Assembly: GCA_963845515.1 (NCBI GenBank)
Contig: CAWJSR010000052.1
Location: 1 to 53,827, forward strand
Direction: 5' to 3'
DNA: 53,827 nt
Source of the DNA: an uncultured delta proteobacterium
Lineage (GTDB): Bacteria > Myxococcota > Myxococcia > Myxococcales > Anaeromyxobacteraceae
The position numbers were made by a program, and so were the translations under genes. The notes under the pieces were generated by a model. The model saw only the letters and a list, made by a program, of their open reading frames with translations. It was not told the origin of the DNA and did no database searches. Below are positions 10,055 to 19,793 of the stretch, piece by piece (the first letter of the stretch is position 1; each line of letters starts with the position of its first letter).

Positions 10055-11056
10055 CTACCCCTGGACCTTTCGAAGGAACTCGGCCGCTTCCTCGGGGGGG
10101 ACGGGGTTGATGTGGAAGCCCGAGCCCCACTCGAAGCCGGCCACCTGCGTCAGCGCCGGCATCACCTCGATGTGCCAGTGGTAGCTGGGGCTCGGCGCGT
10201 CGCGGAGCGGGTTGGAGTGCACCATGAAGTTGAAGGGGGGCTCGCCCAGGGCGGCCGCGATGCGGCGCGTCGTGGTCCGCATCGCCTGCGCGCACGCCGC
10301 GAGCCGCTCGCGGGACTCCCCCTCGAAGTTGGACTCGTGCCGCTTCGGCACGATCCACGTCTCGAAGGGGCTGCGCGGCGCCCACGGCGCGAAGACGACG
10401 AAGTCGTCGTTCTCGTAGATGAGCCGGGAGCGGTCCTTCCGCTCCTGCATGACGATGTCGCAGAAGATGCAGCGCTCGCGGTGCTCGAAGTGCCGGCGCG
10501 CCCCCTCGATCTCCTCCTGCACCTGCCGCGGCGTGATGGGGAGCGCGATGAGCTGGCTGTGGCTGTGCTCCAGCGACGCCCCGGCGGCGCTCCCCTGATT
10601 CTTGAAGAGGAGGATGTACCGGAAGCGGAGGTCGTTGCGCAGGTCGAGGACGCGCGCCTTGAAGGCGCCCAGGATGTCGGCGATCTCGCCGTCGGAGAGA
10701 TCCTTCAGCTGCCGCGCGTGGTCGGGGGTCTCGATGACCACCTCGTGCGCGCCGATCCCGTTCATCCGATCGTAGATCCCCTCCGCGGCGCGGTCGAGGT
10801 CGCCCTCGATCTTGAGCGCCGGGTAGCGATTGGGGATGACCCGCACCCTCCAGCCGGGGCCGTTGGGCGGCGCGGACGGCGCGCGGCCCGAGACATGGAC
10901 CTCGCGCGGGGTCTTGTCCTCGTTCCCCGGGCAGAAGGGGCACATGCCCCCCTGCGCGGAGTCGTGGACGTGGAAGAGATCGGAGGGCCGGTGCGCGCGC
11001 TCCGTCGCGATGATGACCCACCGTCCGACGATCGGGTCCCTGCGCAGCTCGGGCAT
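10055..11056 (-). CDS. galT: Galactose-1-phosphate uridylyltransferase family (GalT)
   Basis: ELRRDP...W, CPFCPGNE, HEVVIETPDH, GASLEHSHSQ (HxHxQ). Confidence 0.92.
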   Translation of the reverse strand: MPELRRDPIVGRWVIIATERAHRPSDLFHVHDSAQGGMCPFCPGNEDKTPREVHVSGRAPSAPPNGPGWRVRVIPNRYPALKIEGDLDRAAEGIYDRMNGIGAHEVVIETPDHARQLKDLSDGEIADILGAFKARVLDLRNDLRFRYILLFKNQGSAAGASLEHSHSQLIALPITPRQVQEEIEGARRHFEHRERCIFCDIVMQERKDRSRLIYENDDFVVFAPWAPRSPFETWIVPKRHESNFEGESRERLAACAQAMRTTTRRIAAALGEPPFNFMVHSNPLRDAPSPSYHWHIEVMPALTQVAGFEWGSGFHINPVPPEEAAEFLRKVQG

Positions 11057-11059
11057 CGC

Positions 11060-12250
11060 TCAGGCTCCTCGTGGCGAGCTGGGAGCGTCCGGCTCGGTCC
11101 GGGCTCCGGCGAGGGTCGCCGCCACCGCCGCGGCGACCGCCATGAGAGCACCGCCGCCGACGTACGGGAAGGCGTGCCCCACGTGGGCGTACGTGAACGT
11201 GCCCGACTCGGGGCCGATGATCCGCCCCAGCGCCGAGGCCGACTCGCCAATCCCCATGGTGCCCCCCTGGTCGTCCTTGTGGGCCATGCGGGACAGGAGC
11301 GCGGAGAGCGATGGGGAGGTGAGTCCGTTTCCCAGCGAGAGCGGGACGAGGACGAGCAGGAGCCCCTGCAGTGAGCCCGTGAACGGCAGGATGACGTGGC
11401 TCGCCGCCTGCAGCACGAGCCCGACGACCAGGAGTCGCCGCTCGCCGAACCTCCGCGTGAGCGGCCCTATGAGCCCGCCCTGCACCAGCACCGAGAAGAC
11501 GCCGATGTACGCGAAGACGTAGCCGACGTGCGCCTGGTCGAGGGAGAAGGAGTCCTTCGCGATGAGCGCGAACGTGGCCTCGAGCGCGCTGAAGGCCAGG
11601 ATCGAGAGGAAGCTGATGGTGAGCACCCTCCGGATCCCGGGCACCTTCATCTCCCCGTAGAGCGCCGCGAAGCGGTGCCGGCGCTCCGCGGTGACGTGGA
11701 CGGCCGGCTCGGGGAGGATGAAGTACGCGGCGACCCCGTTGACCGCCGCGAGCGCCCCGGCGACCCAGGCCGGCGCCGCGTGGGAGACGTTCGCGGACAG
11801 GACGCCGCCGAAGAACGGCCCCAGGATGAAGCCGAGGCCGAAGGACGCGCCGATGATCCCCATCCCCTTCGCGCGCGTCTCGGGGGTGGTCACGTCGGCG
11901 ACGAAGGCGCGCGCGATGGCGAGGTTCGCCGTGGCCGCGCCGGCGAAGAGCCGCGCGACCAGCAGCCACCGCCAGGTCGGCGCCACGGCGAACGCGAAGA
12001 AGGCGACCGCCGTCATCGCGATCGAGATGAGCATCATCGTGCGCCGGCCGGCGCGATCGGAGAGCCGTCCCCAGACCGGGGCGAAGAAGAACTGCATGGC
12101 CGAGTAGCCGGTCATGAGCAGGCCGATCCACGCCTCCGGAGCCCCCATCTCCGCCGCGTAACGCGGCATGGTGGGGATGACCATCCCGAAACCGAGGAGG
12201 TCGACGAAGACGACGATGAACAGGACGCCCAGCGCGGATCGGCTCTTCAC
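11060..12250 (-). CDS. MFS transporter (TetA/DHA1-like)
   Basis: Multiple TM helices; motif A GRLSDRAGRR; GLGFILGP motif C. Confidence 0.9.
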   Translation of the reverse strand: MKSRSALGVLFIVVFVDLLGFGMVIPTMPRYAAEMGAPEAWIGLLMTGYSAMQFFFAPVWGRLSDRAGRRTMMLISIAMTAVAFFAFAVAPTWRWLLVARLFAGAATANLAIARAFVADVTTPETRAKGMGIIGASFGLGFILGPFFGGVLSANVSHAAPAWVAGALAAVNGVAAYFILPEPAVHVTAERRHRFAALYGEMKVPGIRRVLTISFLSILAFSALEATFALIAKDSFSLDQAHVGYVFAYIGVFSVLVQGGLIGPLTRRFGERRLLVVGLVLQAASHVILPFTGSLQGLLLVLVPLSLGNGLTSPSLSALLSRMAHKDDQGGTMGIGESASALGRIIGPESGTFTYAHVGHAFPYVGGGALMAVAAAVAATLAGARTEPDAPSSPRGA

Positions 12251-12329
12251 GCGCGCGCAGGATAGCCCGAGCCGGGCGGACGCGCACCCCTGCAGGTGAG
12301 TGGCAGGAGGGAAATGTGATCCGAACGGG

Positions 12330-13196
12330 CTAGGCGCGCACGCAGTCGCGCCCGTCGCGCTTCGCCTCGTAGAGCCGCAGGTCGGCGCGAGAGACGAAGG
12401 AGAGCTCGTCGTCCTGGGGCTCGAACGCCGCGACGCCGGTGGAGACCGTGACGTTCACCGAGCCCTCCGTGGCGCCCACCGGCGCCGCGCGGACCTGCGA
12501 CCGGATCCGCTCGCCCACCTCGGCGCCAGCGGCGAGGTCGGCGCCTGGCAGGAGGACGCCGAACTCATCGCCACCGACGCGGGCGAGGAGGTCCTCGCTC
12601 CGGACCGCCTCGCGCAGCCGCCGCGCCACCTCGCGCAGGACGAGGTCCCCCGCCACGTGGCCCAGCTGGTCGTTGACCCGCTTGTAGTGATCGACGTCGA
12701 CCAGGATCAGCGCGAGGTGCCGGCCGTCGCGCCGCGTCCGCTCGGCCTCGCGCGTGAGCCATCTCTCGAAGGTCCCGCGGTTCGGCAGCCCGGTCAGCTC
12801 GTCCGTCGTGGCGCGCCGGTGCAGCTCGGCGTGGTACGCGGCCTCCGCGTCGCCTGCGGCCAGGTACTTCGCGACGTACGGACCGACGCGGATCCGATCC
12901 CCCGGGCTCAGCCTCCGCAGCTCCACCTCCAGCCCGTTCACCCAGGTCCCGTTGAGCGAGCCGAGATCGCCCACGACGTGACCGTCCCCCTCGGGAGCCA
13001 CTCGCGCGTGGCGCCGCGACACGTCGTCGCCGTCGAGCCGGACCGCGCAGGTCGGGTCCCGCCCGATCACGATCTCGGCGTCGAGCGCGACGCGCTGGCC
13101 GAGGACCGTGCCGTGTCCCTCGACGAAGACGAGGCAGGCCTTCGCGTCCTCGGCAGGGCTCAGCGCGGGGAGCCGGATGACGGTCTCTATTGCCAT
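12330..13196 (-). CDS. FHA-domain diguanylate cyclase
   Basis: FHA (IGRD, VSRRHA, GSLNGT); DELTGL.NR, DVDHYKRVND..GH..GD, RSED-x5-GGDEF. Confidence 0.93.
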   Translation of the reverse strand: MAIETVIRLPALSPAEDAKACLVFVEGHGTVLGQRVALDAEIVIGRDPTCAVRLDGDDVSRRHARVAPEGDGHVVGDLGSLNGTWVNGLEVELRRLSPGDRIRVGPYVAKYLAAGDAEAAYHAELHRRATTDELTGLPNRGTFERWLTREAERTRRDGRHLALILVDVDHYKRVNDQLGHVAGDLVLREVARRLREAVRSEDLLARVGGDEFGVLLPGADLAAGAEVGERIRSQVRAAPVGATEGSVNVTVSTGVAAFEPQDDELSFVSRADLRLYEAKRDGRDCVRA

Positions 13197-13272
13197 GGCG
13201 CGCCGGAGACTAGCGGAGTCACGCTCACGGTGAAATGGCCCCGGTTGGGTGGATCGCGCGGTGTGCTGCGCG

Positions 13273-15447
13273 TCACACCCGCCAGTGGATCCGCTCGAAG
13301 TCCTGGTCCGGCACGGAGATGACCACGAAGCCGTACCGCGGCATCCGCTCGACCTCGAGGTCGCCGCGCAGCACGTGGATGGTGAACGCGACCTTGGCGC
13401 CGGGCGCGAGCCCCAGCGGCCCGAAGGGCACTGCGGCCTCCAGCACGTCGCCGAAGCAGACCTCCCCGACCGCCGCCTCTCCCAGCCGGCCGAGGTGGGA
13501 CCGCGCGTCCGCGGCCACCGGGAGCGTCACCGCGACGCTCCTCTCCCCGGCGAGGACCGAGATGCGGAGCTCCGTCGCGACCTCGGCGGAGCGCGCCGGG
13601 GACTCCGCCGGATCGAGGCGCAGGAACAGCCCCTGCAGATCGAACCCGAAGTGGAGCGCGCTGAACGCCTGCGCACCGCCGTACATCGAGCCGCGGTGCT
13701 GGCCCGGACGGTAGAGCCCCGCCCCCTGCCACTCGAAGAAGTCGGTCTCGCGGCCGTCGATCAGGGGTGACAGGAGGTCCGTCGGCTCCCGCAGGGGCTT
13801 GGCGTCGCCGTCGACCGCGACGCCCGTCCGCTTGATCGGCTCGAGCGCCTCCGGCGGCGGCGCGGCTCCGACGAGCAGGGCGGCCCGCGCCACGTGGCCC
13901 CGGAAGAGGCTGTCGAACTCGACGGCCAGCTCCGTGGAGAAGTCCTCGCCGTACCACCAGAACCAGTCCGAGCCCTCGGCCGCGTACAGGTGCCGCCGGG
14001 CGGCGACGAGGGTCTCGGGGGGGAGCAGCTTCGCCTCATCCGCGACCGCCACCGCGTCGCGCGCCCGTCCGAGCGCGGTCCACGCCTCCACGTCCTCGCG
14101 GTGGCCGATCCAGATCCTGAAGCTCGACTCGATCCAGGAGCCCGAGTGGATCCGCGGGATCACGGGGCCGTCCACGGACGAGGTCGCCTCGCTCATCGTC
14201 ACCGTCTCGACGTCCGGCGCGACGGCCAGTGCGCGGTAGAGACCGTCGAGGAACTCCTGCCCGGAGTTGGGGTAGTGCTCCCACGCGTTCTCACCGTCGA
14301 GGAAGACCCCCACGGTCGCCGCACCGGGCAGCCCCGCGTGCGCCCACGCCGCGCCTGCGGTCTGGACGTTGGCGACGAAGTCGCTCGCCGCGTCGCGAGC
14401 CGGCACCTTCGCGTACGTGAAGCCGATGCCGTCGGAGAGCGAGCGATCGCGGAACAGCATCCGGACCTCACCACCCCGCCCAGCGGCGACGCGCCAGGGG
14501 CGGAAGAGCGACGCGAGCCGCGTCGAGCTGCCGTCGAGCGAATGGAGCAGCACCCCCTCGTCGGAAGCTGCCCAGCGGATCCCCTCCTCGCCGAGGAGCT
14601 CCAGCGCCTCGGGGGAGACTGAGCCCTCCGCCGGCCACATGCCAGCCGGCGGCGCGCCGAAGCAGCGGGTGTGCAGCGCGATCGCCTCGCGCACCTGCCA
14701 GCGTGCGTCCTCCGGGTGGACGAACCGCGTGGGGAGGGCGAGCCCCGGCAGCGCCCTCAGCGCCGAGTCGGTGTCGCAGAGGAGCGGGAGGATCGGGTGG
14801 AAGTACGGCGTCGACGAGAGCTCCACCTGGCCGCGCTCCGCGAGCCGCCGCCACCGCGGGATGATCTGGGCGAGGATCCGCCGCTGCGCGCCGAGCAGGT
14901 AGTCGACGTCCGCGCGGTCGAAGTCGCTCCCCTTCGCGCGGAGGGCGCGCAGCCCCTCGTCGTCCGCCAGCGCACCGAAGCCGCACCAGGACAGGTTGAA
15001 GAGCACCTGCAGGTCGGTGATCTCCTGGTCGGAGAATTCGCGCGCGAGCCGGGTGACGTCGGCGTGCCTGATGTCCCTTCCGCGCTTCTGGAGGATCTCC
15101 CAGTAGCGCGGGAGCGGCTGGACGTTCTGCTCCCACCCCACCATGAAGAAGCTGCGCAGGATCGCCGCGCGCTGGTCGAGCGTCAGGTCCTCCGCGGGGC
15201 GCGCCGTCAGCTCGAGCCAGCGGTCGTGGGCCCTCCCCTCCACGTAGTCCTCCAGCTGCTCGAGGAGGACCGGCGTGAAGTTGACGGTGCAGCGCATGGC
15301 CGGGTGGCGCTCCAGCATCCACGCCATGTCGTAGTAGGCGCGGGTGGCGTGGAGCCGGACCCACGGGAGCAGGTACTCGCCCGTCACCGGCTCCCGGTAG
15401 AGGGGCTGGTGCATGTGCCACAGGAAGGCGAGCCTGACCCTCGTCAT
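13273..15447 (-). CDS. Glycoside hydrolase family 57 (amylopullulanase-like)
   Basis: LWHMHQP, PYFHPILPL, WPAEG, LDGENAWE, AEGSDWFWW conserved regions; ATG at 15447. Confidence 0.93.
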   Translation of the reverse strand: MTRVRLAFLWHMHQPLYREPVTGEYLLPWVRLHATRAYYDMAWMLERHPAMRCTVNFTPVLLEQLEDYVEGRAHDRWLELTARPAEDLTLDQRAAILRSFFMVGWEQNVQPLPRYWEILQKRGRDIRHADVTRLAREFSDQEITDLQVLFNLSWCGFGALADDEGLRALRAKGSDFDRADVDYLLGAQRRILAQIIPRWRRLAERGQVELSSTPYFHPILPLLCDTDSALRALPGLALPTRFVHPEDARWQVREAIALHTRCFGAPPAGMWPAEGSVSPEALELLGEEGIRWAASDEGVLLHSLDGSSTRLASLFRPWRVAAGRGGEVRMLFRDRSLSDGIGFTYAKVPARDAASDFVANVQTAGAAWAHAGLPGAATVGVFLDGENAWEHYPNSGQEFLDGLYRALAVAPDVETVTMSEATSSVDGPVIPRIHSGSWIESSFRIWIGHREDVEAWTALGRARDAVAVADEAKLLPPETLVAARRHLYAAEGSDWFWWYGEDFSTELAVEFDSLFRGHVARAALLVGAAPPPEALEPIKRTGVAVDGDAKPLREPTDLLSPLIDGRETDFFEWQGAGLYRPGQHRGSMYGGAQAFSALHFGFDLQGLFLRLDPAESPARSAEVATELRISVLAGERSVAVTLPVAADARSHLGRLGEAAVGEVCFGDVLEAAVPFGPLGLAPGAKVAFTIHVLRGDLEVERMPRYGFVVISVPDQDFERIHWRV

Positions 15448-15484
15448 CGGCCGTAGCGGGCGCGGAGGCCCGTGGGGCTGAGCA

Positions 15485-16075
15485 CTACCGCTTGGGGCGG
15501 GTCGGCAGGCGCGGACGCGCCGGCTCGGGCAGAGCCGCGGGACGTCCACGGTGTGGGACCGCCGGCGGCGCGCCGGACTGCGTGGCGAGCGGACCTCCCT
15601 CGTTCTGGATCTTCCACTCCTCCCAGAGGTTGAGGACCAGCGAGACGTCGGGCAGCGGCATGGCCTTGCGTAGGTGGGGGAACTCCTCCATGAAGCGCTC
15701 GAAGAAGGCCTGGTAGCGGAGCGGCGTGAAGTAGCGGAGCAGCGTCTCGCGCCCGTGCTTGTCGACGTCGAGGAACTCGATCCCCATCCCGGTCTGGTTG
15801 TGGGGGTCGTCGATCTCCACGGAGTGCGCGACCCGCGAGCGGATGGCGAGCGGCCCGTCCGGGAGGCCGAGCTCGAGGTAGAGCTCCACCCCCATCTTGA
15901 GCAGGAAGTTGCTCGCGACGAAGACGCCCCCCAGCCCGAGGTTGCGGGAGACGCAGAAGGCCTCGAACTGCAGCTCGTCGCGGGCGCCCTTGTCGGCCCC
16001 ACCCCTGCGCGGAATGAACATCCGGCAAGGCAGCTCGATCTCGATCCGTTCGTAACGGCGGTTCTGGTCGCTCAC
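15485..16075 (-). CDS. PilZ domain protein
   Basis: RRYER (RxxxR), NLGLGG, GMGIEF. Confidence 0.85.
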   Translation of the reverse strand: MSDQNRRYERIEIELPCRMFIPRRGGADKGARDELQFEAFCVSRNLGLGGVFVASNFLLKMGVELYLELGLPDGPLAIRSRVAHSVEIDDPHNQTGMGIEFLDVDKHGRETLLRYFTPLRYQAFFERFMEEFPHLRKAMPLPDVSLVLNLWEEWKIQNEGGPLATQSGAPPAVPHRGRPAALPEPARPRLPTRPKR

Positions 16076-16098
16076 GTCGTCTCTCCTCGTGCCGGACT

Positions 16099-18543
16099 CT
16101 ACTTGAAGATCTTCCCGATGCCCTTCGCCTTCAGCTCGCCCATCTCCTTCGCGAGCCGGCCGAGCCGGTCGGTCTTGTCCACGACCTCACGCTGCATCCG
16201 CGCGAGGCGTGCGTCGCGCTCGACGACCTGCGCCTGCAGCGAATCGCGCTCGGACTTGAGCCGCTCCAGCGCCTGCGCGCGCTCGGCGCCCGCCTCATCG
16301 CCCCCGTATGCGGGCTCGGCCGACGCCCTGCCCTCCGCGTCCCCCGCGCGCCGCTCGGCGTCCTCGCGGAGGCGGTCCGCCTCCTCCAGGCGGCGCTCCA
16401 GCTCCTGCACGCGCTCGTCCTGCGCCTGCGGCGACGGCGAGGTCCCGACCGACGGCTGCGAGGCGAGCTCGCTCACGACCTCCTCCAGCCGGGCGATCTC
16501 CCGCTCCTGCTCGACGATCCGCGCCGTCCGCTGCGCGACCTCGTCGCGCAGGCGCGCCACGTCGGCCCCGGCGCCGGCGCCGACGGCGCCTTGCTGCGCC
16601 TGGAGCCGCTGCTCCAGCTCGTCCTTGTCCCAGCGCACGGCCTGGAGCTCCGCCTCCAGCTCCGCAGCCTGAGCCTGGGCCTCGTCAGCCGCGTTGCGTG
16701 ACTCGGCCGCCAGCTTCTCGAAGTGTTCGCGCTCGGCGATGGCCTGGGCGAGGCCGGAGGTCAGCTGCGCCACCTCCTCGCCGCCGCCTGCGCTCGACGC
16801 CAGATCGGCCCGCGCAGCCTCGAGGAGCGCCCTCGCCTCGGCCTCCTGCGCCTCGGTCCTCCGGAGCCGCTCCTCCTCCGACTCGAGCAGCGCGCCGAGC
16901 TCCGCCACGCGCGCCTCGAGCGTCTCCCGGGCGGCGTTCGCCTCCGCGGCCGCGTCGTCGCGCCGCGCGAGCTCTGCCGTGAGCCGGTCCACCTCGGCCG
17001 CGCGGACCTCCAGCTCGACGGCGCGCGCCTGCAGCTCCTCGGACGCGGTGCGGGTCGAGTCGGCCCGCTCGCGGAGTGCGTCGCGCTCGGCGGCCAGCGC
17101 GGCAGCTTCGGCCTTGACCGCTGCGACCTCCGCGGCCCGCGCGGCCTCCCCGTCGCGCGCGGCTGCCAGCTCCCCCGCGGCGGCTTCACTGCCTGCCCGC
17201 AGCCCCGCCAGCTCGGCCTCTAGCTGCGCCAGCCGGTCCGCCGTCGCCTTGGCGCTGGCGTCGGCCCCCTCCTCGAGCTCGTGCGTGCGCCCCTCGGCCA
17301 CGGTGGCCCGCGCCAGCGCTGCCTCGAGGGCGGAGCTGGCCGCCTGGGCCTCGGCGCGCGCCGCCTGGTGCGCCGCGTCGGCCTCCTCGACGCGCGCGCG
17401 GATCCCCGCCAGCTCGGCCATCGCCTGGTCACGCTCCTCGACGGCGCGCGCGGCATCCTCCAGGGCGCCAGCCCGCTGGGCCTCGAGCGCCTGGGCCTTG
17501 TCCGCGGTCGCGCGGAGATCGAAGTTGGCTTCGCGCTCGGCGTCGAGCGACGCCGCCACCTCGCGTACCCGGGCGGCGTGCGCGTCCAGCTCCTCGCGGA
17601 GGGCGGCGGCGCCCCTGTCGGCCTCGGCCCTGGCCTCGGCGATCGCGTCGCGGTCTGCCTGGAGCGCCGTGCGCTCCGCCTCCAGCGCCGCGAGCTCGGC
17701 GTCCCTGCGCTCGAGCTCGAGCCGCGCGGCCTCCAGCCCTCCCAGCGCGTCGTCCCGCTCCTTGCTGGCCGCCTCGAGCTCCGCGGCGAGGGCATCCCGC
17801 GCGGCCTGCGCCTCGGCCGCCGCGCCGGCGTCCGCGACCCCGGCGTGCTCGGCGGCCGCCTCGAAGAGCGGCTGGGTCGGGAGCGCGACGATGTTGAGCC
17901 CCTGCAGGCCGCAGGTGGCGTCGCCGCATATGGCTACGTACCAGGCGGTGTCGCTCGTTCCGGCCAGGGATCCGTCGATCGAGATCTCGGGCTCGGGATC
18001 CTGCCCCATCGCCACGACGTACCCCACGGTCGCCGACTGCGTCGCGACCTCGACGAAGGCGAAGTGCTCCCCGAGCGCGCCGACGAAGGACTCGAAGGTC
18101 GGCTGCTCGCCGGGCGGCGGCTCCCCCACGAGCTGCCCCAGGGCACTGCCCTCCTGGCCGGCGGGGAGGGCCGTGACGAGGCGCCCCCGGGGACCGAGCA
18201 GCCGGTGGAGCGCCGCGACACGGGCGGGATCGGCGGCGAGCGCGCCGCCGTCGGCGACCAGGATCAGGTCGAACGCCTTGGCGGGCAGCGCCTCGATCGC
18301 CGCCGTCTTGAACTGGACGAACGGGTGCTGGCTCTCGCGGGAGGCGAGCTCGACGGCGCCCGGGTCGTCATCGATGGAGACGACCGCCGCAGCGCCTCGC
18401 TCCGCGAGGAACAGGGCCGAGGCGCCGGCCGTCACGCCTGCCGCGCCCAGCTCCAGGACGCGGCGGCCGGAGAGCAGCGGCTCGATGAAGCTGTAGCGGG
18501 CGAGAAGGTCGCCCGCCCCGTTGCGGGCGTAGAAGCGGCTCAT
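16099..18543 (-). CDS. SAM-methyltransferase-like N-domain fused to a long coiled coil
   Basis: ARY.F...GRRVLELG...FDLILV in the N-terminal region; roughly 550 aa rich in E/A/R/L heptads. Confidence 0.8.
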   Translation of the reverse strand: MSRFYARNGAGDLLARYSFIEPLLSGRRVLELGAAGVTAGASALFLAERGAAAVVSIDDDPGAVELASRESQHPFVQFKTAAIEALPAKAFDLILVADGGALAADPARVAALHRLLGPRGRLVTALPAGQEGSALGQLVGEPPPGEQPTFESFVGALGEHFAFVEVATQSATVGYVVAMGQDPEPEISIDGSLAGTSDTAWYVAICGDATCGLQGLNIVALPTQPLFEAAAEHAGVADAGAAAEAQAARDALAAELEAASKERDDALGGLEAARLELERRDAELAALEAERTALQADRDAIAEARAEADRGAAALREELDAHAARVREVAASLDAEREANFDLRATADKAQALEAQRAGALEDAARAVEERDQAMAELAGIRARVEEADAAHQAARAEAQAASSALEAALARATVAEGRTHELEEGADASAKATADRLAQLEAELAGLRAGSEAAAGELAAARDGEAARAAEVAAVKAEAAALAAERDALRERADSTRTASEELQARAVELEVRAAEVDRLTAELARRDDAAAEANAARETLEARVAELGALLESEEERLRRTEAQEAEARALLEAARADLASSAGGGEEVAQLTSGLAQAIAEREHFEKLAAESRNAADEAQAQAAELEAELQAVRWDKDELEQRLQAQQGAVGAGAGADVARLRDEVAQRTARIVEQEREIARLEEVVSELASQPSVGTSPSPQAQDERVQELERRLEEADRLREDAERRAGDAEGRASAEPAYGGDEAGAERAQALERLKSERDSLQAQVVERDARLARMQREVVDKTDRLGRLAKEMGELKAKGIGKIFK

Positions 18544-18651
18544 GTCGGGACGATGTTACACCGCCACGGGGCGCCACCCCATTTCGGCGTCGCTACCCGG
18601 CGGTATCGCCCGGACCGGACCACCGGCCGAGCGATCCCCTCATTCCCACGG

Positions 18652-19164
18652 TCATGGGATGGGGTGAGTTGCAGACGATGGCTTGCCGACCATCTCCGGG
18701 CGGAACACTGGGAGCAGAACCGGAGGCGCGCCGAGCCGGGCAGCCATGCTCGACACCACCTCGCGCAGATAGGGCCAGGCGTTGTAGACGCCATTGACCG
18801 CAACGAATGCCTCGAACACCGTCGCGCGCTCCGCCAGGGCTGGAGCCGTCTTCACCCCGTACACCAGCGCGAATTTCGCCTCGATGTGCACCACCTCGGG
18901 CGCAGTCGGGTCGGCGGGGCCGATGCCAAGGACGAAGGCGACCTCCGCCGTCAACGTGCTGGCCTCCTCGTCGAAAGCATGTCGATGCTCGGAGCGGAGT
19001 TGCAGCTTCCCGCCTCCCGCGGCAGTCAGCGCCGCGAGCGCAGCACCCGGTTGCACGAGCGCGCCCGAGACCGCCACGGTGGCCAGACTGCGCAGGTCGA
19101 CCTCGCGCGCCAGCGAGGCCGCGAGCTGGTACATCGCCTGGGGCTCCGAGTCCGTCGTGGTCAT
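18652..19164 (-). CDS. SecB-like chaperone
   Basis: C-terminal NGVYNAWPYLREVVSSMAARLGAPPVLLP matches the SecB-type PY.RE.I....R.G.PP..LP signature; preceded by beta-strand segments. Confidence 0.8.
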   Translation of the reverse strand: MTTTDSEPQAMYQLAASLAREVDLRSLATVAVSGALVQPGAALAALTAAGGGKLQLRSEHRHAFDEEASTLTAEVAFVLGIGPADPTAPEVVHIEAKFALVYGVKTAPALAERATVFEAFVAVNGVYNAWPYLREVVSSMAARLGAPPVLLPVFRPEMVGKPSSATHPIP

Positions 19165-19167
19165 GGC

Positions 19168-19791
19168 CTATCCCAGAAGCGCCATCGAATCCTTCGGAGC
19201 CGCATCGACAACCGGTCCGGGGGCAATCGGCTTGGGCAGGAACCGCCCCTGGCTCAAGCCGCCGTAGATCAGCTCGAACTGGCCAGCTCCCCGGGGCGCC
19301 GTCTGCGAGAGAATCGCGAAGCCTGCGCCCAGATCGATCTCGGTGCTCTTCTCTGGGCTCGCACGGTCCATAGACCAGAGTCCTCGCAGCCGATCGATGA
19401 GCCGCGTGTCGTCGGCCAGCAGCATGAGCAGCGCCGTCAGCGGCCCCCGCGGTTCAGCCTGCGCGTGCTTGAGCTTCGACACGTACCCCGCCGACACGCC
19501 GATGAGCCGCTCCAACTCGCGCTGGGGGATCGCACCTGCCAACTCGCGGATCGCCTCCTCGCTCTTTGCGGATAGCGCCTGAACGTAGGCGCCGTTCATC
19601 GCCGTGTCGAGTGCCGCCAGCTCCGGGTCGCCGAGGATCTCCGCGCCGCACCGGTCGCAGGTGGGCATGGCAACGTCCGGCGGGATTTCGAGGTCCGGGA
19701 TCTGCTTCAAGGGCATGCGCCGTCCGGCCTTCGCGACCGGATGCAGGTGGCCGACGTCGCACGCGGGACAGAGTTCGAGTTCGTTCGTCAT
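19168..19791 (-). CDS. MqsA-like antitoxin (Zn-ribbon + HTH) with ~68-aa C-terminal extension
   Basis: CPAC (aa 8-11) and CDRC (aa 45-48); HTH QRELERLIGVSAGYVSKL; LLMLL helix; extra tail aa 140-207. Confidence 0.8.
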   Translation of the reverse strand: MTNELELCPACDVGHLHPVAKAGRRMPLKQIPDLEIPPDVAMPTCDRCGAEILGDPELAALDTAMNGAYVQALSAKSEEAIRELAGAIPQRELERLIGVSAGYVSKLKHAQAEPRGPLTALLMLLADDTRLIDRLRGLWSMDRASPEKSTEIDLGAGFAILSQTAPRGAGQFELIYGGLSQGRFLPKPIAPGPVVDAAPKDSMALLG

Positions 19792-19793
19792 GG

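Noticed and set aside
16694..18496. 600-aa Ser/Ala/Arg-rich ORF on the + strand, and other long shadow ORFs (8960-11374, 38375-41386, 45720-49727)
   Set aside because: They are antisense or off-frame to well-supported genes, as expected in high-GC DNA, and show no recognisable motifs
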